Positions 19,145 through 27,207 of a stretch of DNA of 64,000 nucleotides are shown piece by piece. Origin of the DNA: a virus. Within the stretch, counting starts at the first letter, position 1. Every line of letters begins with the position of its first letter. The stretch lies in the IMG/VR virus record IMGVR_UViG_3300044695_003432, positions 21,133 to 85,132 of that record; one strand, 5' to 3'. The notes beneath the pieces are model-generated. The model did no database searches and had not been told where the DNA came from. It saw only the letters and a program-made list of their open reading frames with translations. The translations under genes and the position numbers were made by a program.

Positions 19145-21544
19145 CTAGCACATTGCATAAGCGGCGTTTATGACGCTGCTTGGGTCATAGTCGCCGTTGA
19201 TGGGCGGTGCTGGCAACTCAATGTCAGGGTGCTGCTCGCGCCACTGGAACCACAAGTCCGTAAGCAGCGGCGTCTGGTGGATCGCCGCGAACTGCTCGCG
19301 TGCGATCAACCCGACTTCCTCGGCAGTCTCCGCGTGTGACCAGAACGAGTCATGCACGGCAAGGAACGAAATGCCCTGGTTGCGGCAAGTGATCGCCGCC
19401 TTCATCATCGCGGCAGCATCGACGCCATGCACGAAGTTGGGAGCCGAGCCGGACACCTGCTTGCGGGCGTTGACAGACCGCTCATTGTCCATTTGCATCC
19501 AAAGAACGCCAAAGCACGTTTCAACTTGCACTGCGTTCTTTGCGTAGTACGGCTGCACGCACCGCCAGCCGATCGGCGTCCGCCACATCACCGGGCGGTT
19601 GGACTCTGCGATCTGACCGGCGCACGTCCGCACCCAATCCATCGCCGCCGTCACAAGCGGGAACACCTCACGCACCGACTTCAACACCGACTTCGCCAGA
19701 ATCGACGCGGCCTCCTTCGCGTGTTCGCTCTCTAGCCCGAGCTTCTTGAACTTGCCCATGATCTGATCGCGTGCCCCGTACTCCGTCACGCCGTAGGGCG
19801 TCGTCATCACGGGCTGCTTGCACACTTCTTTGCCGTACTTCCTGACCGCGTGCAGGGCCATTGCCACAGCCTCGGGCGTGCCCTCCCCGTCTCCCGCCAA
19901 GTACGTCAGCACCCGCTTGGCAATCTCGGCGTACAGCGCACTCGGCTTGTCGTTCTCGACCAAGTTCACGAACGGTGCCGCCGTCGCGTCTCGCGTCATG
20001 GCAACGAAGTGCTGGAACCCGCTCGCCGTCGCGTCCCGCTGGATGGGCAGGTGTACCGCGTGGTCACGCGACTGCAACGCCTTGCACGCGGCGAGGAACT
20101 GCAACGGGTTCTCGGCCTGCCGCCAGAAGTCGGTGTTGAACGGGTCGCGGGCGGACATGAACACGTCCCGCATGTTGGACTTCACCCATTCAACCCGGTC
20201 GTCGAATGAAATCTTGTCGTGGCCGTACATCGTCGCGGCCTGGATTGCCACCTGCCGCATCACCCCGTCGCCGTCGCGGGCCTCGGCGAACTGGAACAGC
20301 GACCGCTCCATGTCCCCGCCGTAGTGGTTGAAGTAGTGGGGGCGTGCGTACATCCGGCCCCGGAAGTCGCCCTGGTGCGGGACGTAGAAGCGCGGCTCGT
20401 TCTCGAACTCGCGGGCGACCTGCCGACACTGGAACGCGGCATAGAACGCGGACTCGTTCTTGATGTTCTTGCGGTGAATCTCGACACATTCACCGCGCCA
20501 CTTGCGGAGAATGTCCGCGTCCTCGGTCTGCGGCTTGGGCGGGTTGTTGAACGCCGTGGACGCGGGCAACCCTGCCACGTCGCCGCCTTCCTCGATGAGC
20601 CGGTCAATCACGCCCAGCATCCAACCGTTCACCTTGAGCGGGGTGTTGCCCAACGCCTCCATGCCGTCGATGAACTCGCCCAACTCCCCGATGCCGTCGC
20701 GGATCAACTGCCGCTGCGCCTTCGTGGACTTCGTGAGCATCCCCATGCGGATCGTGACGTAACTACCGTGGGTGCTGTCCGCGTGCTTGTACGGGGGAAT
20801 CACCATCGGCGGGTAGACCGGCGAGACTGCCGCCAACGCCTGATGGTCGTGCATGATCGTCGCACGAATCTTCGGGTCGATGGTGAACATCGAACGCATC
20901 TTCTTCCCGGTGCCGACGTTCTTGCGGTGGAAAGCCAGCGCAAAGGGCTGCGATTCATCGTTGCAAGAGCAAGCCCCGACAGCATCCCACACGAACGCCG
21001 CCCCGACCTTGACGCACAGAACGCTGTCGTAGATCGCCTCGGGGTCCAGAATCTTGGCGTACCGATTCACGTCCATCGCGGCAATCGCGTTCTTTCGCCG
21101 CTTCTTGAACATGGCTTTGAGAAGGTCTTTCTTCTTCTCCTTCTGCCAGCGGTCGAGTTGGGCCTGCGCCAGAATCGCACGGCCAACCGCGATGTAGAGT
21201 TTCTGCTGCGTCACACCTTCGGGTTCGCGGAGCAGGCAGTTGAGCATCTGCGTCAGCGTGATCGCCGCCGCCTTGTTGGGCGACACCAGCGAGTAGATGC
21301 CGACGTACTCGGTGGGGGTTTTCTTGTTCTCGCCCACCAGTGATCGCCGCTTCTGGCGGATGGCGAGGGTCATCGCCACCGCCCAATGAGCGAGCCAGCG
21401 ACGGCCCGGCGCGGTGGATGCGTAGCGGCCCTTGTCGTGGGCCTTGTCGCGGTCGCGGAAGTAGCGGAGTCGTCCTGCCTCCTGCGCCTTCTTCTCGATG
21501 AGTATTTGCCGGTCGAAGTCCGTTCCGTACAGCAATCCGCTCAT
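19145..21544 (-). CDS. Single-subunit T7-like RNA polymerase (phage B)
   Basis: DFRGRMY, DATASGFQH, KQPVMTTPYG, APNFVHGVDA and VHDSF motifs; 799 aa. Confidence 0.97.
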   Translation of the reverse strand: MSGLLYGTDFDRQILIEKKAQEAGRLRYFRDRDKAHDKGRYASTAPGRRWLAHWAVAMTLAIRQKRRSLVGENKKTPTEYVGIYSLVSPNKAAAITLTQMLNCLLREPEGVTQQKLYIAVGRAILAQAQLDRWQKEKKKDLLKAMFKKRRKNAIAAMDVNRYAKILDPEAIYDSVLCVKVGAAFVWDAVGACSCNDESQPFALAFHRKNVGTGKKMRSMFTIDPKIRATIMHDHQALAAVSPVYPPMVIPPYKHADSTHGSYVTIRMGMLTKSTKAQRQLIRDGIGELGEFIDGMEALGNTPLKVNGWMLGVIDRLIEEGGDVAGLPASTAFNNPPKPQTEDADILRKWRGECVEIHRKNIKNESAFYAAFQCRQVAREFENEPRFYVPHQGDFRGRMYARPHYFNHYGGDMERSLFQFAEARDGDGVMRQVAIQAATMYGHDKISFDDRVEWVKSNMRDVFMSARDPFNTDFWRQAENPLQFLAACKALQSRDHAVHLPIQRDATASGFQHFVAMTRDATAAPFVNLVENDKPSALYAEIAKRVLTYLAGDGEGTPEAVAMALHAVRKYGKEVCKQPVMTTPYGVTEYGARDQIMGKFKKLGLESEHAKEAASILAKSVLKSVREVFPLVTAAMDWVRTCAGQIAESNRPVMWRTPIGWRCVQPYYAKNAVQVETCFGVLWMQMDNERSVNARKQVSGSAPNFVHGVDAAAMMKAAITCRNQGISFLAVHDSFWSHAETAEEVGLIAREQFAAIHQTPLLTDLWFQWREQHPDIELPAPPINGDYDPSSVINAAYAMC

Positions 21545-21877
21545 TCAGCCTCCTTTGTCCAAAGCCTCCACCGCCGCCGCGAGTGCGAGGAAGCGGGTGT
21601 TTCCACCGACGCCATTCTCGTACTCCCAATAGGCACAGTCCCCTACCGCGTCGTCGCACAAGTTGATCGTTCCCAACCTCTCCACCATCGCCCACGCGAT
21701 CGCGGAGAGGGCGTGAAGCGGGTGGCACCATCCGTCAAACTCGGAACCGTCGTGCCAGTGTTCCGCGTCGAGTCCGTCGTGGTGGCGGCGTTGCACCGTC
21801 TTCGGCCACCACTCCGCGTCCTTGTACGTTTTGTACAACTCCACCGCCTTCGCGTGGTCTGCTTCGGTGAATGTCAT
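21545..21877 (-). CDS. Hypothetical protein
   Basis: MTFTEADH..., AAGGG RBS, ATGA overlap with upstream gene. Confidence 0.6.
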   Translation of the reverse strand: MTFTEADHAKAVELYKTYKDAEWWPKTVQRRHHDGLDAEHWHDGSEFDGWCHPLHALSAIAWAMVERLGTINLCDDAVGDCAYWEYENGVGGNTRFLALAAAVEALDKGG

Positions 21878-22128
21878 GGCTTCCCTTTCCGCTCGGTGCC
21901 GTTGAGGATGGCGAGGATGTCGCGCTTGTGGATGTACCAGCGGTCGGGTGCCGCCTGCTCGCACAGTTCCCTCACCCTGCGGAGTTTCTCGCGGTCGTTC
22001 GTCCACTCGCGGGTGAGGACGGTCACGATGTCGCGATCCGTGTCGCGATCGCCATTTGCGGGCTTCTTTTCGCCCCGAATCGCGTCACTTTGTCGCGATT
22101 TCTGTCGCGATTCACGCTTCTTCGCCAT
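21874..22128 (-). CDS. Hypothetical basic protein; its 3' part is duplicated at the window end
   Basis: MAKKRESRQK... with AAGGAGG RBS. Confidence 0.6.
   Translation of the reverse strand: MAKKRESRQKSRQSDAIRGEKKPANGDRDTDRDIVTVLTREWTNDREKLRRVRELCEQAAPDRWYIHKRDILAILNGTERKGKP
21887..22013. repeat. 127-bp exact direct repeat, copy 1 (copy 2 at 63874-64000)
   Basis: Base-by-base identity at offset 41,987; the 13 bp to the left match with 2 mismatches. Confidence 0.97.
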
Positions 22129-22330
22129 CGCTCGCCTCCTTGATCGTCTTCTCCACTTCCTGCCGAATGACGTACCCGAGTGCGGGCAGGTCCACGCCGA
22201 ACAGCCGACGATACTCACGGGCACGGTTGACGATGCGGTTGGCACACTCGTTGGCGGCGATCTGGTCGTCGGTCCAGCCGCCGAGGTAGAGCGTGAGCGA
22301 CTGCGTGTTTTGGTCAAGTGGAAGGGGCAT
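22112..22330 (-). CDS. Hypothetical protein
   Basis: MPLPLDQ...; same 16-nt AAGGAGGCGAGCGATG start region as the next gene. Confidence 0.6.
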   Translation of the reverse strand: MPLPLDQNTQSLTLYLGGWTDDQIAANECANRIVNRAREYRRLFGVDLPALGYVIRQEVEKTIKEASDGEEA

Positions 22331-22440
22331 CGCTCGCCTCCTTCTTCGAGTTGTCAAGTGCGGCTTGACTGCTGGGGGAACTATTCGATGTTGTCGAAAG
22401 GTTCACTTGCTTCTCCTTTTCCACTTTCCACCCCGAAACG

Positions 22441-22959
22441 CTAATTTGCGGGGCGTGATTTAGTGCTGGGTTGAATTTCGTCGGCGATGGTGATGCCCGC
22501 TTCGGCAAGAGCAGCGCGCCACGCATGATCGCGGGCATGGATCATCCGCATCTCGGCGTCGGTGAACAGGCCGGGCGTTTTCGCAACGGTCGGTGCCTTC
22601 ACCACCATCGCGGCGGGCTTGGGTGCGGGCTCAACTGCGGCGAGGCGGGATTCGAGGGCGGTGATGCGCTTCCATGCCTCGTGTAGCCGCTCGTGGGCGT
22701 GCGCGGCGTTGGCCCGTGCCTGCGCATCCACCACGGGAACAACGTCACGAAAACAAGATTTCTCGTCGTTCTTGTTTTCTTGCGGGGCGGGCTTAGGCAA
22801 CTCCGCTTTACCACCGTTCGCGGTAGGAAAATCTGGGGGCGTTTCCTTTACTAGCCGCGCGTTCCCAGACGCCTCTGCTGTCAAAACCGGCGATGTTGTC
22901 TTTTGCTGACACTCGGGCTTCTCCCCTTCGCCGGGGGTGATCGTGTTCTCGCTACTCAT
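22441..22959 (-). CDS. Hypothetical protein spanning the compositional boundary
   Basis: 172 aa ORF, ATGA overlap with upstream gene. Confidence 0.55.
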   Translation of the reverse strand: MSSENTITPGEGEKPECQQKTTSPVLTAEASGNARLVKETPPDFPTANGGKAELPKPAPQENKNDEKSCFRDVVPVVDAQARANAAHAHERLHEAWKRITALESRLAAVEPAPKPAAMVVKAPTVAKTPGLFTDAEMRMIHARDHAWRAALAEAGITIADEIQPSTKSRPAN

Positions 22960-23231
22960 GCTGCCACCGTCCTTTCCTTCCGAATCTTCTTCAGAATCTT
23001 CTTCACATCGCTCGCCGCGGTCTCGGGAACTTCCATCCCCATCCGCTCGGCGATCTCCCGGAGTACGGGATCGTTGACGAAAGCCCGATGGAGTTTACCC
23101 AGGGCTCTCTGCTCGATGGCGAAGGCATTGGCCTTTGTGCAGGGGGTTCCGCGGGCGGTGAGTATCTCGGCACACTCGCCGAGGGTGCGGATGCCGGAGT
23201 TACGCTCTTCTTTGGTGTAGCCGGTGCTCAT
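22956..23231 (-). CDS. Sigma-70 region 4-like HTH protein
   Basis: RTLGECAEIL...AFAIEQRALGKL resembles region 4.2 TLEEVG...IRQIEAKALRKL. Confidence 0.55.
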   Translation of the reverse strand: MSTGYTKEERNSGIRTLGECAEILTARGTPCTKANAFAIEQRALGKLHRAFVNDPVLREIAERMGMEVPETAASDVKKILKKIRKERTVAA

Positions 23232-23611
23232 GCCGCCACCCCCATTCCCATATCCTCGGCAAACTCCTCGGCTTCATCCTGCGGCCATTCCTGATTCGTG
23301 TATTCACGGGGAGCGAACGCGGCGAAGATCACATCCTCTTCGTTGATCCCCTCAAGGACCGCGGGCACGTCGATCGAGACCTCTTCGATCCCGGAATCTT
23401 CCCACTCGATTGCGTTCCGGAGGCGGAGGCAGGAGAAGAGGGACATGAGCCGGATGGGCTCCTCGTCGAGGGCATCGAGAGCCAGAGTCAGCCGGGAACC
23501 TACGGGGGCCGGTGTGAACAGAGCCCGGAGGTACTCACGGGATTCGCGGGCGATGCTCCGCGTCCATGCGTCGAGGACCAAGGTACGGTAAGACTTCTTC
23601 CGATCTGCCAT
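23228..23611 (-). CDS. Early hypothetical protein with acidic C-terminus
   Basis: 127 aa; preceded by a structured repeat and GGAG RBS. Confidence 0.65.
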   Translation of the reverse strand: MADRKKSYRTLVLDAWTRSIARESREYLRALFTPAPVGSRLTLALDALDEEPIRLMSLFSCLRLRNAIEWEDSGIEEVSIDVPAVLEGINEEDVIFAAFAPREYTNQEWPQDEAEEFAEDMGMGVAA

Positions 23612-23690
23612 GATGCAAAGACTCCAAAGGCCCCAGCGTCATTGCTAGGGGAAACGATCCGAGACCGGGTAGGGTGTCGGATCGGATGGA

Positions 23691-24545
23691 TCAGCGAACG
23701 GGGAACCCCTCGCCGCGGTCGAAGTACCGGACGACGGTTCCGGGGTCGGTGTGGCTTCCACCGGCGTACCGCATCGTTTTTCCGCCGGTCGGCCACCAGT
23801 CCGGGAAGCGGTGCGACTTGCTTTCAATGCCCGTGACGGTTCCGGAGCGGCTGTCAGACTTGTAGCGGACAGTCTGCTCTACCGGGCGGTCTTCGCGGCG
23901 GAGGTAGACCCCGACGCGGACAGTGCCGATCCCGGAAACCTCAGAGAACCAGTGCGCGGAGCAAGTGCTATTTGAGTAGTGCGGGGAGTGAGCCCAGAAG
24001 GTGACAGGGGCGATCGGCGTGCGTTCCGGGTTTCCCTTCTCTGATCGGGACTCCGGACAAATGCTAGTGCATCCGTCCCGGCGAATCTCCGCGGGGATCG
24101 GAGGAAGTGCCGCAACGATCCGGAGAAGATCGGACCAGGAGAGCCCGCCTTCTTTGTGCATCGAGAACGAATCGCCGTAGGTGAGCCAGGCGGCTTCGGT
24201 AGAGTGGTGCCCTAGCACCGTCACCAGCCGGGGCGGAAGGTCTTCGAGGGCGTGGCGGATGATGGCCTCAGTCTCGGCCTTCAGGATATCTTGTTCGGCC
24301 TTCTCGATTGCCTTTACCCAGATATCCGAAACGGGCACGGCGATTGGGTATTCTGACGTGAGATCGTTAGGGGCGAAATAGCCCTCGACGGTGGAGCCAC
24401 TGAGGAACCACTCCCCCTTTTTAGGTGGGCGGCTCTCCCCCGTTGGCCGTACTTTGGTAGCCGTTCCCGCTCGGGTCCGATCCTCTTCCGCGATTGGGTA
24501 AAGGCGGCTTCCGGGAAACTCCCACTTCATGTCTCTAAGCTGCAT
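23691..24545 (-). CDS. Early hypothetical protein
   Basis: 284 aa from MQLRDMK; ATG 7 nt after AAAGG of the repeat. Confidence 0.7.
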   Translation of the reverse strand: MQLRDMKWEFPGSRLYPIAEEDRTRAGTATKVRPTGESRPPKKGEWFLSGSTVEGYFAPNDLTSEYPIAVPVSDIWVKAIEKAEQDILKAETEAIIRHALEDLPPRLVTVLGHHSTEAAWLTYGDSFSMHKEGGLSWSDLLRIVAALPPIPAEIRRDGCTSICPESRSEKGNPERTPIAPVTFWAHSPHYSNSTCSAHWFSEVSGIGTVRVGVYLRREDRPVEQTVRYKSDSRSGTVTGIESKSHRFPDWWPTGGKTMRYAGGSHTDPGTVVRYFDRGEGFPVR

Positions 24546-24623
24546 GGCTTTACCTTTCAAAGGCTCCGGCGGTATTGCCGGAGGAATCGACCCGGAACCG
24601 TTTCGGGTGCCGGATCGGATACT

Positions 24624-24953
24624 TCAGACAGTGCAGGCGGGTCCGTAGGGCTTGCTAGAAAGTCCCTCTCGGACCAGGATGAGACGCGAACCCGTGAAGG
24701 GGATGCGATCTCCGTCGCGGGGATAGACCCACCATTCGCCCCGCGACTGAGAGACGTAGAACCCCAGAGCGAACTGGGCCGCGGCTTGATTCATGCGGAG
24801 CTTGGTTGTCGCGGTTTTCCAGCCGCCCGTATTCAGATCGATAAGGGAGGAGTCAAACGAAACCACATCGGTATTGTGATACCGAACGATCGTTCGCCCC
24901 CCCTCAGCGCGAATAGAGGTAGCTACGCCGGAGACTTTCAGAGTTTGGGCCAT
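24624..24953 (-). CDS. Early hypothetical protein
   Basis: MAQTLKV...YHNTDVV...LNTGGWKTATTKLRMNQ; repeat-associated RBS. Confidence 0.7.
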   Translation of the reverse strand: MAQTLKVSGVATSIRAEGGRTIVRYHNTDVVSFDSSLIDLNTGGWKTATTKLRMNQAAAQFALGFYVSQSRGEWWVYPRDGDRIPFTGSRLILVREGLSSKPYGPACTV

Positions 24954-25032
24954 TGCTTTCCCTTTCAAAGGCTCCGGCGGTATTGCCGGAGGAATCGACC
25001 CGCAAGCGGTTAGGCTAGCTGGTCGGATGCTT

Positions 25033-25167
25033 CTACTCCGCGTCTCTGCTGCCAGGCTCCTCGGGGAAGAGGGCATCGGCGGCGGATTGGAGGAAGAGGG
25101 GTAGGAGGGTGCAGAGGAGGAGGGAGAGGAGGACCAGGGAGAAGAGGAGGAGGGAGGCATAGAACAT
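25033..25167 (-). CDS. 44-aa hydrophobic membrane peptide (absent from ORF track)
   Basis: MFYASLLLFSLVLLSLLLCTLLPLFLQSAADALFPEEPGSRDAE; GAAAGGG RBS; lies between two repeat copies. Confidence 0.6.
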   Translation of the reverse strand: MFYASLLLFSLVLLSLLLCTLLPLFLQSAADALFPEEPGSRDAE

Positions 25168-25254
25168 CGGTTTCCCTTTCATCTACCGATGGCCTATTCC
25201 ATCGGTGAATCCGCCGATGAGACTTTCATCTAATCGGAAGGAAGGGGAGAGGAG

Positions 25255-25289
25255 AAAACCACCCAGGGCGGTTACCCGCGTCTGGGTGG
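25255..25289 (-). terminator. Intrinsic terminator in the early region
   Basis: Minus strand CCACCCAG-AC-GCGG-GTAA-CCGC-C-CTGGGTGG followed by TTTT. Confidence 0.6.
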
Positions 25290-25301
25290 CTGAAAGGGAA
25301 A

Positions 25302-25541
25302 CTAGTGGAGCTGTTCGGCGGAGTAGTGTACGCCGATCATCGAAGCGGATACGACGAGATCAAAGGCAAATGTACAGATGAGAGGGTCGGGACAGTCGAG
25401 ACGGAACCGGATTTCTTCTATGGCCTTTGCCTTTGAAGGGGCCCTGATACCATCGAACACCAGGGATACTTGCGGATCGCTCGGTCGGGGCTTGTCCTTT
25501 GGACCAGCGAAGTATGCGACGCGGACGGAATAGCTTTTCAT
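25302..25541 (-). CDS. Early hypothetical protein
   Basis: 79 aa MKSYSVRV...; repeat-associated RBS. Confidence 0.65.
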   Translation of the reverse strand: MKSYSVRVAYFAGPKDKPRPSDPQVSLVFDGIRAPSKAKAIEEIRFRLDCPDPLICTFAFDLVVSASMIGVHYSAEQLH

Positions 25542-25624
25542 CGGGTGCCCTTTCAAAGGCTCCGGCACAATCGCCGGAGGAATCGACCCGCAAGCGGTTA
25601 CGCTAGCGGATCGGGTTGATTGGT

Positions 25625-26200
25625 CTAGAACTCTTCACCCTCTTCGGTGTACCGTTCTTCGTCTTGGTCGAGATACTCCAGGATGCCTGCCTCGGAGATT
25701 CGGTACTCCAAGTCATCCTCACAGATTCGCATGATCCGATCGGCTGCCCAATCGAATCCTCGGGAAAGGGTTTCACCGGATCGGATGGCGTCTAGGACAG
25801 CTTCGATAACGTCATCATCGAAGCAGACGCCAGACAGGCCACAGATACCGGGAAACTTTCCATCCTTCAACTGGTCTGGAGTGTAACCCTTGGGACGGAG
25901 GCATTCCCAGAACCATTCTTCGACCTTCTCTCCGGTATCGGAGAGGGTATCAATCTCATCATCCCCCAAGAAGGATTGGCGGAGGCTACACCGATTCCCG
26001 CGATTGTACGGGCCGATGCTCCAATCGCTCAGGGTAACGCACAAGGCATCGGCGAGCTTCTTCAGAGAATCAATACACTCGGAGAGGGTGAAGTTATCGT
26101 CATCCCCGCCAATGTCCTCGGCGATATCGGCGATAACCCGATCCTGAGACTTTTCTGACAGCTCAGAGAATGAATACAGCTCGGTCTCTTGCGTTCTCAT
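25625..26200 (-). CDS. Highly acidic early protein
   Basis: 191 aa MRTQETELYSFSELSE...; about one quarter Asp/Glu. Confidence 0.7.
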   Translation of the reverse strand: MRTQETELYSFSELSEKSQDRVIADIAEDIGGDDDNFTLSECIDSLKKLADALCVTLSDWSIGPYNRGNRCSLRQSFLGDDEIDTLSDTGEKVEEWFWECLRPKGYTPDQLKDGKFPGICGLSGVCFDDDVIEAVLDAIRSGETLSRGFDWAADRIMRICEDDLEYRISEAGILEYLDQDEERYTEEGEEF

Positions 26201-26278
26201 CTTTGACCCTTTCAAAGGTTTCCTAGCGACATGCTAGGGAATCGATCCGGTAGCCTTTCAGCTACGGGATCGGGTGAA

Positions 26279-26479
26279 TCATTCGTAATCGTGCCAGTCT
26301 CGGACTTCCCCACGCGTCTGAAGTCTCCAGTTCATATCGGGCTCGGCATCGCGGTATGCCTGCAAAGTTTTCAGTAGATACGGAAGTCTATGGGGCAGAT
26401 CGGACTCGTGGACTGTCCAGCGAGAATCGACGGTGAACCAACCAGGGCCGGACGACACTAAACGGAAGTTATTCGGCAT
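26279..26479 (-). CDS. Early hypothetical protein
   Basis: 66 aa MPNNFRLV...; repeat-associated RBS. Confidence 0.6.
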   Translation of the reverse strand: MPNNFRLVSSGPGWFTVDSRWTVHESDLPHRLPYLLKTLQAYRDAEPDMNWRLQTRGEVRDWHDYE

Positions 26480-26555
26480 TGTGTTCCCTTTCAAAGGTCC
26501 GGCGGTATTGCCGGAGAATCGATCCAGCATCCTTTCGGATGCCGGATCGGATGGA

Positions 26556-26813
26556 TCATTCGTCGTCCTCTTCAAGCAGATACACAATCCCACAATGTTT
26601 GCATGTCGGCAGGGGATGCCCGATCGGAGGCACGATCCTAGGGGCGGGTTCATGTCGGCAGTTGTCGATATCGTACAGTTGATCCTTCAGCTCTTGGGCA
26701 TTGTTCTCGATCTCTTCGATCTCTTCCTGAGAGAATCGATATCTCAGGGATGCCCGATCCGAGAGGATGGATTCGATCTCTTCGATGCGTTCGGCGAGCT
26801 GTTCGCGTGTCAT
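26556..26813 (-). CDS. First early gene: acidic coiled coil with a Cys/His (CRH...CKHC) C-terminus
   Basis: 85 aa MTREQLAE...; CCTTTGAAAGG RBS. Confidence 0.6.
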   Translation of the reverse strand: MTREQLAERIEEIESILSDRASLRYRFSQEEIEEIENNAQELKDQLYDIDNCRHEPAPRIVPPIGHPLPTCKHCGIVYLLEEDDE

Positions 26814-26839
26814 GTGTTTCCCTTTCAAAGGAATGAGTG

Positions 26840-26871
26840 AAAACCCCGCACGCGGTTTCCCGCATGCAGGG
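26840..26871 (-). terminator. Terminator/attenuator-like hairpin in the early leader
   Basis: Minus strand CCCTGCATGCGG-GAAA-CCGCGTGCGGGG followed by TTTT. Confidence 0.5.
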
Positions 26872-26937
26872 CGTTTAGGTTTCGGTTTCACTTGTCAGAG
26901 AAGGGGATTCGGGCCGTTGCCCGTCTCCGATGAGTGA

Positions 26938-26966
26938 AGTATCGGCTATACGAGAAGGAAAGACAA
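26938..26966 (-). promoter_or_regulatory. Sigma-70-type early promoter
   Basis: TTGTCT-17 nt-GATACT (compare T7 A1 TTGACT/GATACT), upstream of the early gene array. Confidence 0.65.
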
Positions 26967-27072
26967 TCGGCTTGTTTGCGGATTCGGAAAGATTGTGTCT
27001 AAGGGGCTGAAAAACAGGGGCTTGCGTTTAGATGGTTTTCTGGTAGGATCGGGAGAGATTGGAGCGATACCG

Positions 27073-27207
27073 ATGGAATGGATGATTGAATGGGTGTTTG
27101 GGTATGGGCCGATTGTGTTTGCTGGGGTCGTGGTCGGCTGGTGGCTGAGAGACAGGGAAGAGAGACGAAAAGCCCCAGTCACGAAAACTGGGGCAAGGGT
27201 TGAATGA
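27073..27207 (+). CDS. Possible small membrane protein, the only plausible plus-strand gene
   Basis: GGAG at 27061; MEWMIEWVFGYGPIVFAGVVVGWWLRDREERRK... Confidence 0.4.
   Translation: MEWMIEWVFGYGPIVFAGVVVGWWLRDREERRKAPVTKTGARVE

Larger units (their letters stand above)
1..22900 (-). mobile_element. Phage B: partial T7-like (Autographiviridae-type) genome, RNAP directly upstream of the virion module
   Basis: RNAP, portal, scaffold, capsid, tail adaptor/nozzle and internal virion genes in T7 order; GCGC-rich composition persists to ~22,860; right boundary approximate. Confidence 0.85.
23621..26831 (-). repeat. Array of ~66-nt structured intergenic elements (about 23621-23685, 24553-24618, 24961-25026, 25172-25237, 25549-25614, 26208-26273, 26487-26550; palindrome only at 26821-26831)
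   Basis: mRNA-sense consensus CCGATCCG-[hairpin]-CGGRTCGA-TTC-[CTCCGGC-loop-GCCGGAG]-CCTTTGAAAGG-N7-ATG with compensatory changes. Confidence 0.9.

Noticed and set aside
21887-22013. Direct repeat as attL/attR or as the physical terminal repeat
   Set aside because: It lies inside a coding gene, is unrelated to the tRNA-derived attP, and is not at the terminase/early boundary where T7-like termini lie
25200-25240. Hammerhead-like CCGATGAG
   Set aside because: No CTGATGA core with a correctly placed GAAA; better explained as a divergent copy of the twin-hairpin element
23621-26831. Early repeats as a CRISPR array or integron attC cassettes
   Set aside because: The intervening sequences are whole genes of 135-855 nt, there are no cas genes, the repeats lack RYYYAAC/GTTRRRY ends, and the integrase looks like a phage integrase with a tRNA attP
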